A DNA stretch of 64,000 bases. Origin: a virus. How positions within the stretch are numbered: position 1 is the first letter of the stretch; each line of letters starts with the position of its first letter. Below, in pieces: positions 46,943 through 58,659 of this stretch. Where the stretch lies: the IMG/VR virus record IMGVR_UViG_3300010396_000010, positions 8,350 to 72,349 of that record; one strand, written 5' to 3'. The position numbers were made by a program, and so were the translations under genes. A model generated the notes under the pieces. The model made no database searches. It saw only the letters and a list, made by a program, of their open reading frames with translations, and was not told the DNA's origin.

Positions 46943-46977
46943 GCAGGGGCGATCTCCCCGAACGAGATCGCCCCTGC
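46943..46977. terminator. hairpin between convergent genes
   Basis: GCAGGGGCGATCTC/GAGATCGCCCCTGC. Confidence 0.7.
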
Positions 46978-46989
46978 TGGTATTCACTC

Positions 46990-47936
46990 TTATTCGCGGG
47001 GCATCGTGACCTCATGCTGATGCCCGTTGGCGCACTCCCACACCTCAATGCCGGGATACGTCTCAATGGTATGGATAATGCGCTCCATCGCACCGCAGCG
47101 GGCGCAGGTGGACACGTCAATGATCGTTCCACGCTGGAGGTTGGGCGCGAGTGTCTCCACACTGGCACGCTCAATGAGCGCAGCTTGCACCTGCGCGATG
47201 TGGTGCTGGCACGCGAAATTGCCCAACAGTGACCCGCCCACTTGAATCAACACCGTAGCCAGTTGAAAGCATCGCACCGATCCAGCGAGTTCACAGCGAA
47301 AATCGTGCGTTCCTGTGATCGGCGTGCGAACAATTTGATAGATGCGTCCGTTGTGTTCCACCGACTGTTCTTGCTCTTGCATCTGCTTCACTCCTTATGC
47401 CCTTGCCAGAATGGCCTGTGTTTGTTGTTGCACCTGATCGAGGAAGGACTTGTAGCGCACCATGAATGAGACGATACACTGAAACGTTTCTGCTGATTCC
47501 GACAGCGCCAACAGTCCCTCTGCCTCATTCCTGAAATGGCACACTTCCCGCAGCACGCTTTCGGCGTATGCGCGAAACGCGCTGAACTGTGGACCTGCTG
47601 ACCCATTGACTATCGCCCGCTGCTGCATCTCCATCTGGTCCATGCTCTGAACCATTATTCGCAGTTGCGCCTGTACCATTGCATAGGGTGGCATCGTTTG
47701 TTCTCCTATCCTTGTGGTTCCACTAAGCGTCGTTCGCCGTTCTCCGACACCAATTCCACATGCGTCTTGTCGCCAAACTTCGCCCACCAGTTGACGGCCA
47801 GCGCCATCGCGTAATGCTCGTCACCGTCATAGGTTGACCAGTCCAAGAGGTTCCCCTTCTCATCCAGCACGCGCAACGTTTTCGTGTTGGTAGGGGGATC
47901 AGGAATGGGATCGTTAGCTACCGTTACACTTGCCAT
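46990..47936 (-). other. three small hypothetical genes (46990-47391, 47395-47694, 47706-47936)
   Basis: Consecutive ORFs with AGGAG SD; the first is Cys-rich. Confidence 0.55.
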
Positions 47937-48009
47937 GTCGTTTCTCCTTAGAAATACCGTGTGCTTGCTCTAGGTTGCGATTTGTCAACCTCTAGAAGTG
48001 CGGTTTGCT

Positions 48010-49467
48010 TTAGGCTTCCTGTCGGTTATCTTCGCCCTTGTCGTCGCCTTGGCCTTTGCTTTGCTGGCGCGAGAACCAGTCTAAGAGCGACGGATGCAGT
48101 TTGCCCAGCGAACCTAGGGACTGGATAACGGCGCGGGCTGGCGCGGCGTACATCGTGCCAAACTTGTACCCCTGGCCTTGGCTAGATATAGTGGAGGACA
48201 CGTAATCATCCGGCAATGTCCCGTCACTGAGCTTGGCTACGTCCTCTGTCGTCACCCAGATACCCCGCGCCTTGGTGGTGAGTTTTTCGCCGCTAGGCGC
48301 TTTCTTCCACAGATCCTTGACACGCTCAGGATCAACACTTAACGCAGCCAAGAGTGCGCCAAGTTCGTCTCTAGGCTTTCTCTGGACCCCTGGCAAACCC
48401 TGGCTAGCACTAGGTTTGCGCGATCCCTTGAACATTTTAGCCATATCCATTCCTGCGAGTTCAGGAAACTCTAGCGTCACCCATTCCGGCCACTCGCCGG
48501 TTCCTAGCACCGCTAAAATGGCAGCAGGAACTTTCCTTGCCGACTCCGCTTGCTGTTGCTGGATCTGGCGTTGGATGCGCTCTATCTCGTCTCTAGCTTC
48601 TCGCTTGGCGTTCTCTACCTCTTGCCGTGCCATGCTCTCAACGGCTCCTGGCATCACGGCATTGATACGCTGCATCAGAATATCGTCTGATTGCTTGTCT
48701 TTGTCGGTATAGCCGCCTAAGAGATGTCCAAAGAGCGGGTAAAGGACGGGCAAGTCTTTCAAGCCAAGTTGTCCAAGGCGGATATTTTGAAAAATGGTTT
48801 TCATTGCCCCGCCGACTTCTACCGCCAAGGATGTTTTCATTTCATCCTTGGTTGGCACCCGTTCGCCCGTCATGGACAGGTCAATCGCTACAACGGGCGC
48901 AGCAGCAGCGCGAAAGATCACCATGAGCCATGCGCCAAGATCGTGCGGATGTTCCTGGTTTGCCAACATCATCCCAAACGTGATACCCTCGATGGCTCCG
49001 ATAAAGAGGACATAGAACGCATCGCCCACGCACTCGCCAAATGGTTTGTTGAGGCTACTCTTGTCGCGCCACGAGAAGGCATGCTTGATCATGACGATAT
49101 CCATACCGAAGATCAAGGCTAGGATGATAAAGGTTTGAAACACCGAGACGGGATCGAGTGCGCCGATGCCATGCAGTTGATACGTGCGAACATCAGCCCT
49201 GATCGCGTTCCCGGCAAGCTGCATCAATGCGCCGAAGCTGAACAGAAACATGAGTGGCAACGAAAGAGCGCGGGCAACCTTGCGCACCCACGCACCATGA
49301 TCGGTGACGCCTAATTCCTCTTGCTTCTCGCCAAAGAGAAACACGCGCAAACCGCCGATGAGGCCATGTCGCAGTTTTGGTGGTGGCGTGCGATTCTGTT
49401 GTCCCTCCCCCTGACCGTGTTGATCAGGGGGAGAAACGGTGCGAACGATTGTCGGTTGCGCGGCCAT
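48010..49467 (-). CDS. 4-TM membrane protein with coiled coil
   Basis: Four hydrophobic segments followed by a Q/E/R heptad region. Confidence 0.75.
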   Translation of the reverse strand: MAAQPTIVRTVSPPDQHGQGEGQQNRTPPPKLRHGLIGGLRVFLFGEKQEELGVTDHGAWVRKVARALSLPLMFLFSFGALMQLAGNAIRADVRTYQLHGIGALDPVSVFQTFIILALIFGMDIVMIKHAFSWRDKSSLNKPFGECVGDAFYVLFIGAIEGITFGMMLANQEHPHDLGAWLMVIFRAAAAPVVAIDLSMTGERVPTKDEMKTSLAVEVGGAMKTIFQNIRLGQLGLKDLPVLYPLFGHLLGGYTDKDKQSDDILMQRINAVMPGAVESMARQEVENAKREARDEIERIQRQIQQQQAESARKVPAAILAVLGTGEWPEWVTLEFPELAGMDMAKMFKGSRKPSASQGLPGVQRKPRDELGALLAALSVDPERVKDLWKKAPSGEKLTTKARGIWVTTEDVAKLSDGTLPDDYVSSTISSQGQGYKFGTMYAAPARAVIQSLGSLGKLHPSLLDWFSRQQSKGQGDDKGEDNRQEA

Positions 49468-49469
49468 TG

Positions 49470-51081
49470 CTATACCTCCGTCGCCACGCGACCACGAATC
49501 CGCTGCAACAGTTCCTCCCTTGTCGGTGCAGGGGGAATGTCTCGATACAGTGCCAGTTGCGATTGCGCCGAAACCATTTCACGCTGCACCACCGCAAGGT
49601 CGTCCTGAATCTGCTGCATCTGCGCATCGGTGAGCGGTTCACCATTAAACCTATTCAGCATCCAGTTACCACCAGCGCCGCTCAGTGCCTCTATGCCGCT
49701 TAGTCCTGAATGCATCAACGCATGAACGGCATCACTGAGTGGCCTGGCATAGTCAGCGGCTTCTTTTGCCCATGCGGCAAGGGCGGACTCCTGATGACCG
49801 CCCTGCGCCAACAGATCCAACGTCTGCTGTTCAATGCGTGCAAAAGCAGCGGTGATCTGCGTGGCATCGGCCAGCAGAGGAAAGACGTTTTGGCAGATGA
49901 AATCTGCCTGGGTTTCTTGGAGTGTTGGCATCGTTATTTTCCTGCGCCTTGCGCTTCAACGCTGGTGGCGAGTGCTACGATCTTTTGCCGCGCACTCTCT
50001 GCACGTTGCGCAGCGGTTTCCAGCGTAGTTGCATCGACTTGCCCAGCCTGATAGGCTTGCGCGGCGCGGCCATAGGCTTCACAGGCGTCGGCGTGTTCAT
50101 CGAGCAGCGTTTGCAATGCCGCTTCAAATGGTTGTTGGGGCATTAGAAATGCCCTCCTTCCAACTCGGCAGGATCTTTGTCGCAATAGGCGCAGTGGTTG
50201 ACCACGTCATGAATGCGGCGATGGGCGCGTGCCTGGTAGCCTGGGCCGTATGTGGTGGCATCATCACGGTCATACTGCGCATGAAGTTCAATATGAAATC
50301 GGATGTCGCGCTCTTGATCGCCGCGCCGGACAATCACATGCCATTCGCCGTCACCCATGAAGTAGCAACTGGCTATGCTCCATCGCTTCTCAATCAACGC
50401 CTGCACGATCCGAGTATCGGTGTCCCAAATGTTCCACGTGCCGCGCGGCCCGGCTGACTGATAGGCGTACACGTCCTCACCAACGAGCGCACGCTGGCGA
50501 TAGAGGGCGCGTTCATAGTTGCTAATAAACTGCGCCGGGATGAGGTCGATGGATTCCGCATTCGTGGGCTTGTGGTAACGCTGGAATAATCTATTCATGG
50601 TGCATCACTTCCTCAGCACGTAATCCGTTGCAGTGCTGACACACGACGCAAGGACGGTGATCTGTTCATCGGAGATGACGCCTTGCAGCACATGGGGCAG
50701 CATAGTAACCAGATTATCAACAATGGTCACGCTTCCATTGCCATAAGCGTTGAAGGCGTTGATCTCGAACCCATCTTCATCGACATACTGCGCGTCAACA
50801 CCCCACATGGCAGCAGCTTCATTGACACGTAACGGCGATTGATAATCACGCCGACCAAAACGGAACAACAGATCGACGTGCGTGATGATACTGTGCGTTT
50901 CCTTCACGGACAGGCGTGGCGTGCTATCGGGCCAGCGCACGCGCCCCAACACACACACATAGGGATACTCAGGGGTAATGCGATGCAAAGTCATAAGGCG
51001 ACGCACCGCGCCGATGATAGCTTGGCGCACGACCTCCGAGCGATCTTGCTGATCAACAACGATAGGTGGTAAACTGGACAT
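49470..51081 (-). other. four hypothetical genes (49470-49931, 49934-50143, 50143-50598, 50605-51081)
   Basis: Tightly coupled ORFs. Confidence 0.6.
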
Positions 51082-51165
51082 GACAACTCCTTTCCAGAGT
51101 GAATCACTGGATGGGATGAGTGGAGAGCGCCCAGACTCTTGACGGGGGACGGGGCGCTTCTTTCA

Positions 51166-51660
51166 TTACGCTGCGGTTTTCATCATCCGCAAGGCTTTTT
51201 CGATGGCCTTCACGCCTTTTTCGAGCGAGGTCTTCTTGCCTTTGAGCGCCTTCGCTTGCGCGGAAAGACCAGCTTCCGCGAGTTTGGCACGCATACCGGC
51301 GACGAGCTGGATCGCATCATCGACGTTCAGCGCCTTGGTGTTGATGATCAGTGGCGCATCTTTGATGTTCGCGCCACTGATCTCATTGTTCACTGCTTTG
51401 TTGAACGTCGTTTTGCTTTGCTTCAATTCGCGTTCGCACTCCACCAGCGCATCCACCAGCGCGTTATAGGCGTCGAGCGGGCCTTCCAGTGCGCGAAAGA
51501 CGCCGTTGGCGGCGATGTCCAACGTCACTGGGAGATTGATCGCCTGACCACGTTTCCCTTTCTTCGCCTCGGGTGCTGCGGGCGCACTCTGTACAGCAGA
51601 CTTTGCCGCTTCTTCCGCTTCCATTTCCCGCAAGATCTCGTCGTCGGTTTTCTCTGCCAT
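51166..51660 (-). CDS. A/K/E-rich helical protein
   Basis: AAGGAG SD; divergent from the HTH-like gene. Confidence 0.65.
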   Translation of the reverse strand: MAEKTDDEILREMEAEEAAKSAVQSAPAAPEAKKGKRGQAINLPVTLDIAANGVFRALEGPLDAYNALVDALVECERELKQSKTTFNKAVNNEISGANIKDAPLIINTKALNVDDAIQLVAGMRAKLAEAGLSAQAKALKGKKTSLEKGVKAIEKALRMMKTAA

Positions 51661-51811
51661 TGTCGTTGCTCCTTATCATGTTCCTGTTGGCAATCTTGCC
51701 GTTCTCGCAAATCTGTGGCATACTCAAAGAGTAGCTTAGTAGCATTGTACCGAACAATGCCTACGTTGTCAAGGGGTAACTTCTACAAATTGACTACAGG
51801 AGGACAGACGC

Positions 51812-52042
51812 ATGGGAGATGAGCAAATGGAAGTCATACGCAAGGGCAGTGAGATCAAGGTCGATGGCAACGTTTTCATCTCGGTCAACCAAGTGGCACG
51901 CAATCCCCTCTACACCACAGACGGCCTCGATGACCTGGTGAAGTCCGGAAAAGTGCGGGCATTCCAGGCGCACGGCAAGGTGTACTACAGCAAAGACGAC
52001 CTCGACAAAGCGTTCCCTATCGGTTTCGTGCAACCCGAATAA
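51812..52042 (+). CDS. small excisionase-like DNA-binding protein
   Basis: ISVNQVA...LVKSGKVRAF..GKVYYSKDDLD; hairpin terminator at 52047-52080. Confidence 0.55.
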   Translation: MGDEQMEVIRKGSEIKVDGNVFISVNQVARNPLYTTDGLDDLVKSGKVRAFQAHGKVYYSKDDLDKAFPIGFVQPE

Positions 52043-52090
52043 CCCCATAGCCCGACAAGCGCATGTCGGGCTATTCCTTTAGCCCATATT

Positions 52091-52127
52091 ACTAATAGTT
52101 GACATGAAGATGCTGATATGCTAGAAT
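52091..52127 (+). promoter_or_regulatory. phage promoter family member
   Basis: ACTAATAG-TTGACA-17(GATATG)-TAGAAT. Confidence 0.8.
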
Positions 52128-52582
52128 GCCTATATCACCTGTAGGCACAGGGATTTTACAAATTGGTTGGAGGACGACATGGACACCATTCAGGAAAAGT
52201 ACAGCAAGAACAAGGCTTTTCGCCTGGCGAAACAGGACTTGTACGGCGACTGCGCGAAGTGTCGCAAAGAGTTCGCGCAAGGCGAAATGGCTTACAAGGA
52301 TGTCATGACGGGCAAGGCTTCACACGTCACGTGCAGGGCGAAGGGGAAATAGCATGACGGAACAAACACCAGAGGAACAAATACGTATCCTCACGAGCAA
52401 CCTCAATCGGGAAATAGCCGAGAATAATAGGTTACGCCGCAGGAAGAACGCATTGATCATAGAAAACTGCGAACTGCACTTGCGGCTCATCGCACTGTCA
52501 CCAATAGCAGGGATACGCCGCGTGGCAGCGCGGATCAAGTCCCAACGCGCTAAGAAAGACTAGCAGAAAGCAGGAACCAGTA

Positions 52583-53233
52583 ATGTACGTAGGGTGGGAT
52601 AACCAGGAACACGAAGATCTGGAAATGGAAAACATGCTGCGCGATGTCGCTGAGGAACGGCGCGAACGACTGCGCGGCCCACAAAGCCTTGATGACATCT
52701 ACGCCTACGCGCTCATCGTGTTTGACTTAGATGGGGTGTTAGTGAAACCCATCGTCGGCGACAAGCGCACCGGACACTTCCGCGCCCATGCCCATGACTG
52801 GAAGCTACTCCCTGGACACTATGACGCCATCCGCGCACTGCATGAGCAGGTCCAGATCGCCATCGCCACAAACCAGGGCAGCGCGGCATTCAACATCATG
52901 CACCCCAACGACATCAAGCGCGCCGTCGATGATGCGGCGTACCTCTTGGGCATCTACCTCGTCTACATCTGCTTCGACCACCCGAAAGGCACCAATCCCA
53001 AATGGGCGCATGAAACCTACATGCGCAAGCCTGGTCCGGGTATGTTGCAGCGGGCGATGTTCGATGCAAACACCGAACCAGAGCGCACATTGTTTGTCGG
53101 CGACCGCGAGGAAGATGCTCAGGCAGCGCACAACGCCGGTTGCGCCTTCATGCGGGCTGACCAGTTCTTCGCACTGCTAACGGGCGCGTCACCAGCAGTG
53201 GCAGCAGTACCAGCAGAAGATTATCCATTCTGA
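52583..53233 (+). CDS. HAD-IIIA phosphatase (GmhB/PNKP-like)
   Basis: FDLDG, ATNQ, RKPGPGM, VGDREED. Confidence 0.9.
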   Translation: MYVGWDNQEHEDLEMENMLRDVAEERRERLRGPQSLDDIYAYALIVFDLDGVLVKPIVGDKRTGHFRAHAHDWKLLPGHYDAIRALHEQVQIAIATNQGSAAFNIMHPNDIKRAVDDAAYLLGIYLVYICFDHPKGTNPKWAHETYMRKPGPGMLQRAMFDANTEPERTLFVGDREEDAQAAHNAGCAFMRADQFFALLTGASPAVAAVPAEDYPF

Positions 53234-53249
53234 GAAAGGCACCGACACG

Positions 53250-55711
53250 ATGGCAAACACCAACCTAGAATCAGTCATTGCTGAGACGGAACGAGATTTA
53301 CATGGCGTGCGTTCCCGCCTGAAAGTGGCGATGAGTCACCTGGCCGAAGAACTGGAATATTATGCCAGAGCTTTAGGTGAGGGAGGCTACGAAGTTAGCA
53401 AACAAGGCATCATACGAGACAAAGGCACTGAGATTGATACACTCTGCGCCCGCTATTTCACACTGAAAGAAACGGTGGAGCGGTTGCAGTGGCTAAAGAG
53501 CAAGGAAGAAGGGAAGTAGCGGCGATGCGACCACCTTGCGAATGCTGCGGCGAAACGATGGATGATGATTATTGCCGCACCTGCGAACCACACATTGAAT
53601 CGCGCCCGCATCCCCAAAGCCAATCGGGGGCGCACCTACCCTACTGCACCAAGCACAATCGCTGGCTGGCAGAGCCAACACTCAGCGACATGAAAGATTG
53701 GAAGACAACGACAATGGCGAAACCCAAGCAGTACAAAGCCTGTGGGCAGAACGTGGACCGTGCGACATTCCGCAGCCTCTTGATTCAGTCACAGGCGAAA
53801 CGTCTCTTGGAGGAATTTGAGGAAGATAATCCCAAGTCTCGCAAGGGATCGACGTACAAAGAAGATGCGATGTGGAACAGCATCTTAGAAATGCGCAAGG
53901 TGGTGAAGGAGATGGCTGAACGCCTTCGCGCCTGGGCCAAACAGGAAAAGGACGTAGATCTCGCAGATTATTGGAAAGAGGACTAGCCATGACACAGCCG
54001 ACGAAACCAACAGACATCATCGTGCCTGAACTGATCCGCGACGCCAGTAGCTACTTCGAGACGACCGGCGAGATGCCCGTCATCACCGCTGAGCAAGATC
54101 CCCTCCTCAACGATGTGGTCGCGCACATCGAGGGATGCGCGACTTGTCGGAGTGGCGTGGCGTGTCCGACATACGATGCCTTCTTTTATAAAGTCACCTT
54201 CATGGAGATTGGGGGGAACAATGACACGCAAGACACAACTAGCCAAGAACATTGAAGAGGCGGGATGGGGTAAGTCGCCAGCATCGCAGAAGTGGCACTA
54301 CTTCCCTGCCCAAGAAACAACATCTCTGTGCAGTCGCATCGGCTTCTTCTTCGGGGAGCGCGAGACGGGGAACGATGAATCATCCAGCAATTGCGCGGCA
54401 TGCAAGAAGAAACTGGCAGCACAGCAGAAACGCGAAGCGAAGAAAGTGAAGGCAACTCATGAATAAGGAACACCGCAAGCGCAAGATGGCTAAGGTCCGC
54501 CTGTATATCCAAGAGCGGTCGCACAAACTTGGAGAGAACATCGGCGTGTTTCTGGTAATCATGGTCATTTTCGCAGTGGCCTACACCATTTGCTATGCCG
54601 CCATCGGGGCGTTCACACACTGGCTGCACTTTGGCAGTGATGATGGGAATCAGATTGTCAGCTTCATCGCTGGCATCATCTTGGGTGTCTGGCTGATAGC
54701 CAACCTAAAGTACCTGATAACCTTCATCGAGTGGTGGCAGGAACCAGAAGAAGATGATGTGCCACGCACACCTGTCACCACGCCGCGCCCTGTCACGGCT
54801 ACGTTTACCGGCGACGTGATGACGGGCGAAGGTCACACATGGCTGGAAGTGCCAATCTCCACGATGGACGGCGGGGATCGCATCTATTACGTGCGCCTCC
54901 ACACGGACAGCGACCTTTGCGCAATGGTGCTGCGCAAAAGCGAGGGCAAGGAACTGAGAGTCGGCGGTTCGGTGTTCATGCCGGACGACGACGAGCGCGA
55001 CGAATACGATCTGCTCATGGTGGTAACGGATGTCAGTACCGTGAGCGAACAGAACGCGAAAGAGGAAGTAAAGGCATGAGCTGGGGAAAAGCCAGGCGCG
55101 TAGACACGCCAGATGGGTTTATGTTCCTCACACCGCCCCGATGGTTCAATGCACTGCATCTATTGGGCAAGAAGAAACAACGAGGCTACGCTGGTTTGGC
55201 ATATATCGCCTACTGGATGCAGCACGAGCCATCACGTCTATCCTTCGGGAAGAAACCTCTGACCTGGTTGCTGGTGAACTATTATCCGATTTACTGGCTG
55301 ATCGTCAGCCTCCGAACGCTGGGCAAGCGCCTGTTGGGAGTGGCGATCCTCCTTGCCGTCCTGGGCGTGCCGTTCATGCTTGGCTACCTTGTCGGAGCCA
55401 TCCACCACATCAGCATCACTATCAAGTAGTTACACAAGTACGATTTCCCGCTGTGGCGGGCGAGAGGAAAAACGACGATGGCAGAACAAGAACAGCCAAA
55501 AGAAAACTTCGGTCCCTGGGAGTTTCAGCAGTACATCAACAACGCCATCAACGAGGCGATTATGATGTATGAGCGCGACTGTCCCCATAGTGTCGCAAAA
55601 GTGAATTGGAATTTTACGTTCACCGACCGCGAATACTTGGAACGCAAGAAAAATAAGGGCAAGAAACCAGCAGCGAACGGCGGATTGTTCGCGGGAAGTG
55701 AGGGTAAGTGA
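53250..55711 (+). other. cluster of small early genes (53250-53519, 53525-53986, 53989-54255, 54221-54466, 54459-55079, 55076-55429, 55478-55711)
   Basis: Coupled ORFs; several Cys-rich or TM-containing. Confidence 0.6.
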
Positions 55712-56586
55712 TGGCAGACAAGACCGGCATACAATGGACTGCAACCGTTCTTCCCGATGGCACCAGCATTCCAGGGGCGACATTCAATCCCTGGATTGGC
55801 TGTGCGCGTGTCAGCCCAGGATGCGCCCACTGTTACGCAGAGGAGTTGGCACGCACGCGCATGAAGCTGGACGTGTGGGATGGGAAGACGGCGAAGTATC
55901 GCCATATCACCAGCGACAACTATTGGAAGACGCCCCTCCGCTGGAATCGCCAAGCGGCAGAGAGCGGCATCCGGCGCAAGGTGTTCTGTGCGTCGATGGC
56001 AGACGTGTTTGAGGACCGACCAGCAGTGGCGTGGCATCGAGAGCGTCTATGGGCGTTGATATGGGCCACACCGCATCTCGACTGGCTATTGCTGACGAAG
56101 CGCATAGAGAACGTGCCGGATATGGTTCCTGATGAATGGATGGAGGAAGGCTTTCCGAAGAATGTCTGGATGGGAACGAGTTGCGAGAATCAATATTGGT
56201 TCCAGTGGCGCATCCCCAAACTGATGCGCTTGCCAGTGCAGGTGCGATTCCTCTCATGTGAACCCTTGTTGGGGCCAATCGACATGCGGGCGTGGCTGGT
56301 GAGAGATCCTGATGATGAGCCAGTCTATTGGGCGACACACCACCCGCAGTACGAAGGGCCAAAGCAACCACTTTCCTGGGTGATCGCGGGCGGAGAGAGC
56401 GGAGCAAAGCATCGCCCCATGAAAGCGGATTGGGCGCGAGACTTACGCGATCAATGCCTTGCTGCTGATGTCCCCTTCTTCTTCAAGCAATGGGGTGGGC
56501 GTACCTCAAAATCTGGCGGCGATCTCCTCGACGGCCAGCAGTATCATCAATTCCCTGCACATTGCCTACAGCCCTCACGCCCTTAG
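55708..56586 (+). CDS. phage Gp37/Gp68 (DUF5131) family protein
   Basis: TFNPWIGCARVSPGCAHCYAE, VFCASMADVF, LLTKR, FLSCEPLLGP, WVIAGGESG, FFFKQWGG. Confidence 0.95.
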   Translation: MMADKTGIQWTATVLPDGTSIPGATFNPWIGCARVSPGCAHCYAEELARTRMKLDVWDGKTAKYRHITSDNYWKTPLRWNRQAAESGIRRKVFCASMADVFEDRPAVAWHRERLWALIWATPHLDWLLLTKRIENVPDMVPDEWMEEGFPKNVWMGTSCENQYWFQWRIPKLMRLPVQVRFLSCEPLLGPIDMRAWLVRDPDDEPVYWATHHPQYEGPKQPLSWVIAGGESGAKHRPMKADWARDLRDQCLAADVPFFFKQWGGRTSKSGGDLLDGQQYHQFPAHCLQPSRP

Positions 56587-56633
56587 CACCACCATTCGGG
56601 GATAGTTCCTATGCTATCCCCGTACTATCCGCA

Positions 56634-56668
56634 TAATAGTTGACATCAGAATCAAGATATGTTACACT
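56634..56668 (+). promoter_or_regulatory. phage promoter family member
   Basis: TAATAG-TTGACA-17(GATATG)-TACACT. Confidence 0.75.
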
Positions 56669-56815
56669 GCCTACAGAAAGGAAACGGCCATGCAGAACAC
56701 GAACAAGCCAAACATCGGAGCCATCATCGTGACCGGCATTGCATTCACCCTTGGCTGCCTCTATTGGGCAGCACTATTCATAGCGGTATTCATCCGCCAC
56801 TAAAGGAGCAGCGAC

Positions 56816-57124
56816 ATGGCAACAGCACCACTAGCAACGAAACCCCCTGTGACCTTCGTTGCCGCGCACACCAACCTCAGCACACGCGCATCGCTGTGGC
56901 AGATGCAGCAAGGCACCAAGCGCCACATGATCGTGCGCAACCCCATCTGGAAGTGCAGTTGTGGCGGTCACTTCTGCGACGCAGTGGTCGCCGTGTTCCG
57001 CATGCTGAACCCTGATGCAGAGGCACAACGCGCAGCCCTGCATGCCGCGCAGGATGCCGCCGACCGCGAACGCGCAGCCGCCATTCCCTTGCGCATGGAC
57101 ACCGGACCAAGAATCTATCGCTAA
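56816..57124 (+). CDS. SWIM-like zinc-finger protein
   Basis: WKCSCGGHFCDAVVAV. Confidence 0.5.
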   Translation: MATAPLATKPPVTFVAAHTNLSTRASLWQMQQGTKRHMIVRNPIWKCSCGGHFCDAVVAVFRMLNPDAEAQRAALHAAQDAADRERAAAIPLRMDTGPRIYR

Positions 57125-57156
57125 GCAAGCAGCAGCAACAGAAAGAGAGAACGACA

Positions 57157-57738
57157 ATGGAAGCGATCAAAATCGAGGAAACAACCTACCACGAAACGCA
57201 CGTGATTAATTCCTGCTTCAGCTATGGTGATGCGAGTGTAACGACCTTCACTATGGGCAAAATCCGCGAACACAACGAACGACGGGAATATGCAACGCTG
57301 CGCATTTACACCGAAGACGGCGCGCGAACCATTCAGCTTGAAGCTGATCAAATGGATGAAGTTTCTCGCCTCTGGCAAGGCGAGAAAGAGTCACACGGCC
57401 TCTCCGAACTGCGCGAGATGTATGACGCATTGGTTGCTGAGCATCAAAGCCTGATACAGTCACATGACAACCTTGGCATATCCTTTGGTGTGCTTGCCGA
57501 GGATTACGAAAGCAAGTCCACTGATCTTGCCAAGCACTACAACATCAACAATCAGGCGTTGCTCGATGAAAACGAGGCGTTAAAAAAGCGCATCGAGCAG
57601 TTACAAAACGTGGCCATTCAAGCGTACTTGGACATCGAGAGCGGTCATGCACAGAGGTCATACGACGCACTGGTGGCAATGCATCCCGACGAAAACGATC
57701 CCTATGGCCTGAATGAAGTCGCCAGCACCACAGCATAA
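57157..57738 (+). CDS. coiled-coil hypothetical protein
   Basis: ORF with purine-rich leader. Confidence 0.6.
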   Translation: MEAIKIEETTYHETHVINSCFSYGDASVTTFTMGKIREHNERREYATLRIYTEDGARTIQLEADQMDEVSRLWQGEKESHGLSELREMYDALVAEHQSLIQSHDNLGISFGVLAEDYESKSTDLAKHYNINNQALLDENEALKKRIEQLQNVAIQAYLDIESGHAQRSYDALVAMHPDENDPYGLNEVASTTA

Positions 57739-57802
57739 CCCCCCATTCCTCCAACACCGGGCGCGTCCGGCGAGATGCGCCCCACACATGAAAGGACCAG
57801 CC

Positions 57803-58657
57803 GTGACAGAAGAAACCTTATCACCATCCCTCATTCGCCAGTTGATGCGCCCCGGCGCACTGGCTGAGGACACTGCGCCACCCAACCTGGACGACGCGCA
57901 ACAACGCGCCCTACACACTGCCCTTGCCGCACTCGATGCGCAGGATCGGGAGATCCTCCAACTGCGCTACGATGCGAATTGCACCATTGAGGAGATCGCC
58001 GCGCATCTCCTGACCAGCCCGCAGATCGTGGAGCATCGAGAACAGGACGCCCTCCACCAGTTGCGGCAATATCTACCGCCAACGCGAGAGGACATCGCAG
58101 CATCACCCACGCGGCGCTATGTGCCAGCACCAGCACAGAAGAAACCCGTTCCACCAACCACAGGCAAAGGAAGGGCAATCAGTGAGAAACAATTTGCTGC
58201 GTATATGGCGGCAAACCCTGATGCCACCATACGGGGAACCTCTGAGGATCTCGGTATTTCTTCTGCTACCGTGACCGTGTATCGCAAGGCATGGCATGAA
58301 CACCAAGCGCGACACGTTCCCGCTGCACCAGCACCACAACCCGTTCCGTTGCCACCTGCGCCCGCGCCTGTGCCAGCACCACCAAGCCAACCGGAACCGG
58401 AGCCGCCCACGCCCACCAATGCAGCCTACACGCGCACGCTCTACGAGGAACAAGTCTATCAAGCGCGACTGTGGATGGAAATGCTGGAACGCCAGTGGCG
58501 CGAGGCAAAGGAAAACGCAGAGGAGGCAGTCGAATACGCCGATACCGTGCAACAGCGGTATCTCCAAGCCAAAGCCAACTACGAACGCGCACAGAAGATC
58601 GCCCGCGCTCACTATGCGATGTTGCACGGCCAAGTTGTTGAAGAATTGGAGGGATAA
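57803..58657 (+). CDS. sigma-70 region-4-like HTH protein with second HTH and coiled coil
   Basis: ALAALDAQDREILQLRY...TIEEIAAHL; ATIRGTSEDLGISSATV. Confidence 0.75.
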   Translation: MTEETLSPSLIRQLMRPGALAEDTAPPNLDDAQQRALHTALAALDAQDREILQLRYDANCTIEEIAAHLLTSPQIVEHREQDALHQLRQYLPPTREDIAASPTRRYVPAPAQKKPVPPTTGKGRAISEKQFAAYMAANPDATIRGTSEDLGISSATVTVYRKAWHEHQARHVPAAPAPQPVPLPPAPAPVPAPPSQPEPEPPTPTNAAYTRTLYEEQVYQARLWMEMLERQWREAKENAEEAVEYADTVQQRYLQAKANYERAQKIARAHYAMLHGQVVEELEG

Positions 58658-58659
58658 AA

